Shown: piece by piece, positions 1 to 9,200 of the stretch | Position numbering within the stretch: the first letter of the stretch is position 1 | Layout of the letters: every line of letters starts with the position of its first letter | Origin: a candidate division FCPU426 bacterium | GTDB lineage: Bacteria > Oederibacteriota > JAAXVQ01 > JAUVAV01 | Assembly: GCA_030637655.1 (NCBI GenBank) | Contig: DAOWGI010000031.1 | Location: forward strand, 1-64,000 | Reading direction: 5' to 3' | DNA length: 64,000 nucleotides | Translations under genes and position numbers: made by a program | Notes under the pieces: model-generated | Told to the model about the DNA's origin: nothing | The model's database searches: none | What the model saw: only the letters and a program-made list of their open reading frames with translations

Positions 1-265
1 AGAACAAAAGTGATGCAGCTGCCCAAGGTATCTACAATTTAGAGAACGGGAAATGGACATGGAAAACAGACGCTAAGGAGTTTACAGCGAGCGCAGCAGA
101 GGAAAAACAAGGTCTGGCCAAGACCGGAGAGAAGTTTACGGCATATTCAAGTGAGAAAGGCAAATGGGGCGGAGTTCAGGGAGATGCGTACAAGAACAAA
201 AGTGATGCAGCTGCCCAAGGTATCTACAATTTAGAGAACGGAAAATGGACATGGAAAACAGACGC
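1..265 (+). repeat. In-frame tandem repeat, 192-bp (64-aa) period, inside giant protein 1
   Basis: 1..73 equals 193..265 with one mismatch; the second unit diverges afterwards. Confidence 0.9.
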
Positions 266-3200
266 GAAAGAGATAACCGCGACTAAGACAGATGCGAGAA
301 AAGGTTTAGTACCTAGTGTTGGAGATAAGTATACCGCATATTCTACAGAACGTGGCGAATGGCTTCCAAGCGTATCCTGGACAGCTGAAGAGTTGGCAGC
401 AGCGAAAAACAGTCCATTAAAAAACAAAGAACAAACCGCTAATGTGATTTCTCTTGCCAAAGAAAAGACTGGAAAAGCCAACCCTGAAATGACGATTACC
501 TTTAATAAAGACAAGCAGTTAACGGGCATACAGTTTGAAGATAAAGACGGCAATGCATGGAACGCTGAATTTGAACAAAAAACAAAAACCACAAAAAAGT
601 ATATACCAGGCACGCATATAGAAGCCGGCAGGGATAAGCAGATTACCTGTGAAGTAACCAGCTGGACAAAAACCCAGGAAAATCAAACTCTAACATTGCC
701 GGGAAAAGGGGAACAAACCGGCACTCTGCGCACTACCTATGCTGCTGATGGAACAACTAAGAAAGGCGAGCAGTTTACTTATAAAGGAGAGATTGCTGGA
801 GATCGCTGGAAAGGTAAGCACGCCGGCGAGGTGACCGTCAAGATCATCCGCGGTAAAAATGATGTGGTTGTTAAAAATATAACAGAAGGATTTACGCCGG
901 CAAATGAGCAATTATATCTGGCGCGCGAGAGAATTGCCACAGCCGGCAATATAAGCCAATGGATGGAGCTTTATGGCAAAAGCGATATGGCCGGTGCTAC
1001 TGCGGAAAATATTGGCAGAAAAATTTTCATGGCTGACATCAAGGAAGCATACGCAACAGTTTCACATAAGATAAACAGGGCAATTTACCAGTCATCAGAA
1101 TACGCTATTGATGCGGCTTCTTTAACGCATAATTTAATGGGAAAAATAAAATACTTCTTCGGCAATAAAGACGCAGCAGCAGTGCATACGGCAATTGCCG
1201 CGCATACCGGCCAGGCGCATCAAGAGACTTTTGGCAAAATGCTGCACATTGACTGGGCAAATGACAATCTTTTGGTAACAGGAGCAAAACTGGCGCTGGG
1301 CGCAGGGACATATTTTTTCGTAAAGACGGAAATTATGCTGGGTTTTATGGCGCCTTTGGTTTTGGATGTCGCGAATGGCGTGCGTACTATGGTGAGAGAT
1401 GTGTCCAGGGGAGAAGGCTGGGGAGACTGGGATGCGCTGATAGTAACCGGAGCAGGTTTGGTTGATTTTCCGATACATATGTGGGAGATGTTAAAGACCA
1501 ATCCTGCCCAGGCACTTGCTTTTGCCTTTGGCGGCGGCCAGTTTGTAGGAACTGTCGCGCGCAAAGCCGGGATCAGCGTATCCAGGGCAACGGTTAATCA
1601 GGTGATGAACTTTGGGTATCTTATGGTTGCCAATCGCGCTTTGGGACTGGCAGGTGAGTATATCGGTGGATACTTTGGCAGCGACCTGGGCGCTTTTTAC
1701 GGCAAGGGATTAGGCGGCTTGAGCGCCATCCCGGCAATGGGCAGCATAGCTATGCATTTAAAAGGCGGACAAGTTAAGGCTTTTGGAAGGGAGTTTAAAT
1801 TTGAAGGCGTTAAAGCGCGCGCCCAAACTGTTGGCTATACCCGGGCGATTTTTGGTTTGAAAGGTGCCGGAGTATTTGTAGTCGGCGGATTGCAAGCCAC
1901 CCGCCACACGCTTACCTCGCCGATAACCGCGGGACTTAAACTACCTGGCAGAATATTTTCCTTGGTTGGCGGACGCGCGTATTTTGCCAACCGTTACGCG
2001 AACCGCGTTACTCGTATAGCGCAAGGCAAGTCTCATATGACGCAAACAGAGATTATTATAAATAAATATGGCCGCAATATTACCGCTTACGCCCTGAAAT
2101 TAGGCCGTAACGCGAAAAAAGGAACTTTTCAGGATATCAAAAAAGCAGTTGCCGTAAGAGTGGAAAGCAGTGGAAAAAGAATGCAAATAGGAGATAGGCA
2201 AGCCTTTACCCAACTGAATCAGGGTGTACAGGCAAAAGTTGTTACAGCACTGGCCCGGGTTGGTGCGGATAGATTAACCACTAACCGGGTTATTGATAAA
2301 ATTTCCCGCACCGCAAATGGAGATGTTGGAAAAATTAATAAGATATTGGAATCTGTTACCAATCAAAAAGATTCCATCACAGCGCTGGAAATGGAAAAAG
2401 AAGCTGCGCAAATTGAACCTGTAAGCGCGAAGAGCGCGGCCAATGCGCCGGGAAAATCATCATTTATATCAAGAATTAGAAATCATTTCAAAACATCAGA
2501 CGCGGCTGCGCTGGAGGCCATGGGTATCGCGCAAAAGCATAATTATACTAATGCCAAAAGCGTCTATCAAGGCGTGAAATTAGTATCAAAAGCCTCAAAT
2601 GTGCTGGCCAGAGGGCTTGGCAAAGGCGGAAACCAGGCGCTTAATATTATTAACAGCCTGAATAAGGATGGATTGAAGACCGTGCTTTCCAGAGCAGGAC
2701 TAAAAGAATGCAATGCCATGCTGAGCAGGAATCCGGCCAAGACCAATGAGATTTTAGCAGCTGTTTTTGAAAAAAGCCCTATAGCGCTTAAGACACTAAT
2801 AGCCGGAACAGATGCCAAGGCCGCACAAGTGTTGTTGGAGAAAACCAGTTCTAAGGTTATGGATAAGACCGGAGTGCTGGAAGCACTGGCAGCGCCTATT
2901 CTGAATAAAGCGCTGGCAAAAATGAGCGGCCGGGAAAAGCGGCTTCTGGTTAACAAATTGAGCGCCAAAACAGCAGAATCCGGCAAAGCTATGGAGGGTT
3001 TAGATACAGCCAAAAAGTCAGAGACCGCAAAGACAGCTTCTGAGGCAGATACAGCTCGACTGGCGCCGCTGCTGGAAAAGCTGGCGTCTAAACTGAACCT
3101 TCAAAATACAACCAAACTTGTGGCTGATCTGCCAATTAAGCATCCTGCCAAAGCCGCGATGCAACAAGCGGTTATAGAGGGGATTATGCAAAGTTCGCTC

Positions 3201-6200
3201 TCTGCCCGGAAAAAGATAGCAGCGCTGAAAACCACGTTTAATATTCATGGGGACAAGGCAAATAAGCTGCTGGATCAACTGGGCACAGAACGCATGCAGA
3301 ATATTATGACGCAAAATCCATTGGCCGGTCTGAAATTTGTTGATGCCATGAAACTAACGGCAAAAGAAAAGACAGCATTATTTAAAGAACTCTTTTTGAA
3401 GAAAGACTCGGTTTTGCAGAAGGATATTATTAAAGATGCTGTGAACTTCAATAATTTTAAAACGGTCTGCAAAGAAGTATGTAAAGTTTTTGGCAAAGAC
3501 AAGGTAGTCAAAAACGGACTGAACGGCATCGGGAAAAAGATTAGGAATGTACAGCGCAGAAATGAGGAGATAGCTGCGAAGGAAATGAAATCCAAGGGGG
3601 ATGTACCGGCCCAGGTTGAAGCCGCACAAGCTCAGGCAGAGCCCGGAAATTTGCAATCCAAGAAAAATAAAGTAATGAAAAGTTTTAAAAGTGCAGCCGG
3701 AAACATGAGAGGTTTATTAGAAGCTATTAGCCGGGAATGGGCAAACAGCCGTTTGGTCTGGGATACCGGCCAGGTTAATGAAGCACAGGTTATAGTAGCA
3801 GCAACAGCATTCCACGCAGCTCAAGCCTTTGTTTTGGGATCAATAAAAGGGATAAGAGCATGGCGCTTAAATAGTTCACCGCGTGCCAAGGCCAGAGCAA
3901 TAAATCGGCTTAACCAAAATCGGCCCGGATTTGAGAACACTATCAAAGCAAATGATGTGCGCAGCGTTGAAATAAGCAGAGTAGCCAAAATGTTTGCCGG
4001 CAATCCCAGGAAAACCCTGAAATTTTTGCAAGAGTTGAAACTGTCGCCCGCTGAAAAAGTTAATCTACTGCAAAACCGGGATTTTTCCAACGCTATGATT
4101 AAATATAGTCAGGAAAAAGGAAGAGCCGCATTTTTGCAGAAAGAACTGGGCAAATATTTCGGCCAAGAGGGCCAGGTCAGCGAGGCCATCAATAAATTAA
4201 CTGCCAAAGCAGAAATAGTTATTCGCGAGGCTATTGCCAAAGATTTAGCAAAAAGCATGGGCATTAAAAGCCTTGAAAAAGCCAATGGAATTACCCGAGG
4301 AGCAATCAGGAATATAGCCAAAGAGATAGCCAGTGCCAGAAAAACCGCGTATGGGCGTAAAGTAACAGCAAGTGAAAAAACAGCAATAGTAAGAAAGATT
4401 GCCAATGAATACCGCCGGGCTGAGCAGAATAACATTTCCCGGGCCGAAGCCAAGTCCAGAGCTGAAGTTTTTTTGAATGTGGAGCTGGGGAAAAAGGCAG
4501 CAACCGACAAAGCTCAAGGTGTGCTAAAAAGTGAGGCAAAAGCTGAAAAAGCAGGAGAAAAAACCGGAACAAAATTCAGCCGTCTGAAAGAAACACTTAA
4601 AAAAGCGCCAAATGCTGTTAAATCCTGGATAGAAGCGCTGGTTAACGCGCGGGCAGAAGCCAAAAACCGTATTTGGACAGAGAAACTTCACAAAGCTGAG
4701 CAAGCTTTAGAAATAGCCAACGACAAAGCTGCCTGGGATAAATCCGCGCTTCGGGAGATAAAGGCAGCCCAAAAACAGGTGGACCGCTTGACAGCTAAGC
4801 TGTTAAAAGTAACCGGCGATTTCAAAACCATTAATAGCACGGAAATTAAAAACAAGCTTAAAGAACTATCGATTGAGGACAAAAAAATATTAACTAAAAG
4901 CTTGGCAAATATAAATAAGTATGGAAAAAAGCTGGCGAAAGGCAGAAATGGCGGAACATTAAGGAAATTATGGGCATCAAGATACGCCAAAAAACTGGCT
5001 GACGCGATTGCCGAACTCCAGAAGCACAAGTTAATGGATAAAATTATGGAATCCGTGGGACTGGAAGGACTTACGGATATGAGCGAGGCAATAATCAAAG
5101 TCAATGGGAAAGAGACCACCAGGATAAAAAATTTGGGAGAGAGTATAGCGGAAGTATTGAAAATGGTTAGAAATGAACTGGGTTTTGCCAAGCCGTTGGC
5201 AGGCAACCGGGCGGAAATAAGAGATGAAATAGTAAAAACAATTATATCAGAAGGAGCCAAAGCTAAAGCTTTAAAACAATCAGTCGAGAGGCTGTTAAAA
5301 AAGATGGAAAATACCCATGGCCGGATTACTGAGAAGGTTTTAAGGAAAATGATCAAAGAATCTTTGCACCTGGATACTAATGCTTATGTGGACAGCATAT
5401 TTAAAGCTGTAAAAGAGGGCGTGACGTTATCGTTAAAAGATGGCGCGAAGTTAGAGGCATTAGGATACCAGGCGGTGTCGGCAAAAGAGGCGTCTCTGAC
5501 AAATAAATCAGGACTTCGTACCCGGGTGGATATTGCCATAAAGAATCTCAATGAAGCCAGGGGCCTGAAACTGAACACGCAGGGAAAGAGAATCATGGCG
5601 GATGTGATCCTGCGCTTTCAAAAAGATGCTAACTACCGGAATTTCACCCGTGATGCGGACGCGCAGGCCTTCCTGTTTCGCCAGGCAGAGCTTCATTATC
5701 TAAACCTGGAACTCCACGGCAAAAACAGCGGCATTAAAAATCTTATAGGCACGGCTTTACAACTGGCCATGGGCGGCGGAAAATCAGGTTCCGGCTTGTC
5801 CATGGAGGTGGGACGCGAGCTTTTCATGGCTAAACATCCGGGAAAAGAAGTTCCAGCCATGCTTTACATGACCAAAGACGCCACCCTGGTAATGCAGATG
5901 CTGAAGGAAGGAGCATTTAAAACCTGGGACAAACAGGGCATACTGGAAGTGCTGAGCAAAGATAATGCCGCCAAGGTAATTAAAAACGGTTTTGAAAACA
6001 ACAAAGTATATATTATGGAAAATGAAACTCTAAAGCACATTGTGCTGGAAATGCGCAGCGCCGGCAAAAACGATGCCTGGATAGCAAATAAACTTCAGAA
6101 AAAATTGGGCACAGTGGCTTGGGACGAATTTCACGCTATATTCCATACCACAGATACCATTATCGGCGCTTCGGGTGTGTGGAATAAGTTAAGCGACGGC

Positions 6201-9200
6201 GTGAGAGAGCAAGCGACTGATATGCTGCTGGACCTTACCCGCAGCTATGCTGAGGTAAGAAAATGGTATAAAGCAGCTGAAAAAAGCGGGATGAAATTTA
6301 ATGATATGTTTGTAAGTATTGAAAGCGGGGTTAATAAGGAAATCCGCGGCCAGTTCACATTTAACAAAAAGGCTCGCGCGAGCCTGCTTAAAGCGACTGG
6401 ATTTGATTACAATAGATCCGGCGATGCCTTTATACTGGATAAAATGGTCAAGGTATTGTCCAGCAAAAACAAACATCAGTGGAGCGGGACCTATGTGAAA
6501 GGCAAAGGCACATCCTACGGTACTATGGAAGGCGGGGTAGGCAAACCCAACACTATAAAAGGCGACACCTTCGAGGCGGCGCTTACACATATTGAGATAT
6601 TTTTAGCGGCCATGGCCAAGAAGAAGGGTTTTAATATTAATAGAATGACCAATAAAGAATTCGCGACAAAACATGATGATTTCATCAAAACCGCGGGCGA
6701 CGCGCTGGCGCATACTACGACGGAAAGAGTTACCATGGCCGAAGCAGTACAATTAATCGGCGCGCATAATATTGTGGCTTTTTCCGGTACGTTTGAGGGG
6801 CTGGCCCAACGTACGCTTCGTGCCTGGGGCAAAACAGTGCTCAAAATTAATGCCGAGCCCCAGGTTGCCTTGAAAGAGGTGGCAAAGGGTGAGGCGACAT
6901 TCACAGTCAAAATCGATGACAAGATTATATCTATTAAACAGGGTAAAAACGGCAATTTGGAGCTGGTACTAAACCGGGAAAGCGCCCGTGTAAACCGGTT
7001 TATGCTTAAAGAGGCAATGAGTCATTTAGATTCAGGAAAAGACTATGGCGGCAAGCTTACCAATCAGGCATATACGCATAGTGACGGAACTGTACTGGTA
7101 CACGCATTAAAAATTGCGAGACAGAAATATTGGGGCAATAAATCAAAGATGGTGGTAATAAACACAAAAACAGTGGAAAGATACATTGAAAGACACAAAA
7201 GAGACATTATGAAAAAAATCAAGGCCCAAGGCACGGATATTAAGCTTGTAAAGACCAGGGATGGCATGTTGGATATGGCGGATATTGTAACCAGAAAAGC
7301 GGTGGAAAAGGCAGTAGATATGATGTTGGAAGTTCAAGCCGGCAAGAATGTTGTCCAGTTGGTCTATGTTGACGGAATGGCCCCGGACCTCTGGAGTGTG
7401 GCTATGGACAAAGTAGGCAAAAAAATCCAGACTCCGGAAGCAAAAAAGGACGGTAAGGTCATTCCAGCAGGCTGGAAGCAAAAGCGCATGCTTTTCGCGG
7501 CCAGAATCGGGGAGGGCTTAAACACCTATAAAATAACCGCAGCCAATAAGGGCATGCGCGCTGAAATTATAGATATGCGCATGTCGCCTTTGGATGTGGC
7601 ACGGCAGGCCGCGAAACGCGTAGGAGTATTTGATAAGAAAACCGGTGAGTTTAGACGGGCGCAGGGAACATACCACAATATAATTGATTTGAATGATACG
7701 GCCAATGTCAAGACATCCGAAAAACAGGAATTCAAGACGTTTATTAAGAAAGCTGAAGCGAAAATGAAAAGCAGGCGTGGTGATGCGCGTTATTTTGAAA
7801 TCAAAAACAAGGATGCCAAGGGCATAGAGGGTGATCTGATCCGGGAATTTTGCGATCTCTTGGTTAGTGAAGGCGGCGCTACTACGGGCATTACCAGGCG
7901 CATATTGAACGAGGTGGATGCGGCAAAATCCGCGGATGCTTATAAAACCCAGGCCGGGATTCAGACTGAAAAAACCACTAAGTTGTCAGTAAGCAAGACC
8001 TCGGACAAGTACATGCCGGAACTGGCGAAAAAGATTGAGAAAAATCTGCCGTCTAAGCTGCGTGAATTCCAGGGCGTGACAGATTGCCTGGCGCGGCGTA
8101 CCCGGAACCAGGCAGGGCAATCAAAACTTCTGCAAAACCCCGCATTCCATACCTATCATATGCGTACCAAAGGTCTCGTGAATTGGATTCCGGGAATAGG
8201 CAGTGTGGTCAGCCACATGCAGATGCAGACTGCGGCTTTGAAAAACTCGGCAGCCCAAATATCTTTGGTCAGTGCGTATGCCAAAACCTGGAAAGAATGG
8301 AATCAGTTCGAAAATATTGACACGAAACAAGCGGAAATACGTGATCAGATGTCGGAGTTAACCAAAGAAGACCCAAAATTAGCCGAGAGTCAGGAACAAA
8401 TGGTTGAGATGCAGATGGCAAAAACTTTTGGTTCAACCTGGCAGTCAGATCAGAAACAGTATGAAAAAATGAAAGCTGAGTATGGACGGAACTGGTTCGA
8501 AAAAGCTATGGCAGATAAATTTGGAGCAGATTGGCGGGTCTATCAGCGTCTGGAATCATCACTGAACGCGTTGAATATACCCTTTATTGGAAAGATCGCC
8601 GGAGGATTTATGGCGGAATTTGTGCTTGCGCGTCAGCCCTATTTGGTGAGGTCCCTGTATAACCAATCCCTGCAAAACATAGCCCGGGTGAATGCCAAAA
8701 TTCCGGTCTTGCGGGCAGATGCCGGAAAAACCATCACCTATCAGAACCAAACCATGGACAAGAACCAGGCAGTGCAGTATGTCCAGCAAAATTTGGTCAT
8801 GGCGCAGTCATTGGCCAACCGGTACGAGTTTAAGCAGACACCGCAAATGGCAGGTTTACAGGCGCAGCCAAAAACATACGGAAATAACTCGCAGATACTG
8901 CAACGCGTGGTGAAAGAGCAGTTGGATTCCAGCGGTTCCGCGGCCCAGCTGGGCCTCGCTGCCAAGCAGCAATGGCACAACCTGGTGCGCGGCATCCACC
9001 GCGTTCAGTTCTTCACCCCGTTCTTTAATGTGAAAAACGGAGTGCTGATACCTTCCACGCCAACCAAACTGCTTGTGGGCGCAGCGGTTGTAGGCGCTTT
9101 TAGCTTTACCAGTCTTTGTCCCTGGGCCATGATGCTGGCGTTCATGGGTATCACTATTATTTCGGGATTTAAGAAGGACTCGGCTAAAACGGGCGCTGAA

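Noticed and set aside
1-390. CRISPR array or DGR template/variable repeat
   Set aside because: Period is 192 bp, in frame and coding; no spacers, cas genes or reverse transcriptase in the window.
393-395. TTG start for giant protein 1
   Set aside because: The frame is open to the window edge through the repeat units.
2000-5700. Phage tape-measure protein
   Set aside because: Ala/Lys-rich helical look only; no phage genes nearby and the protein shares its C-terminus with giants 2 and 3.
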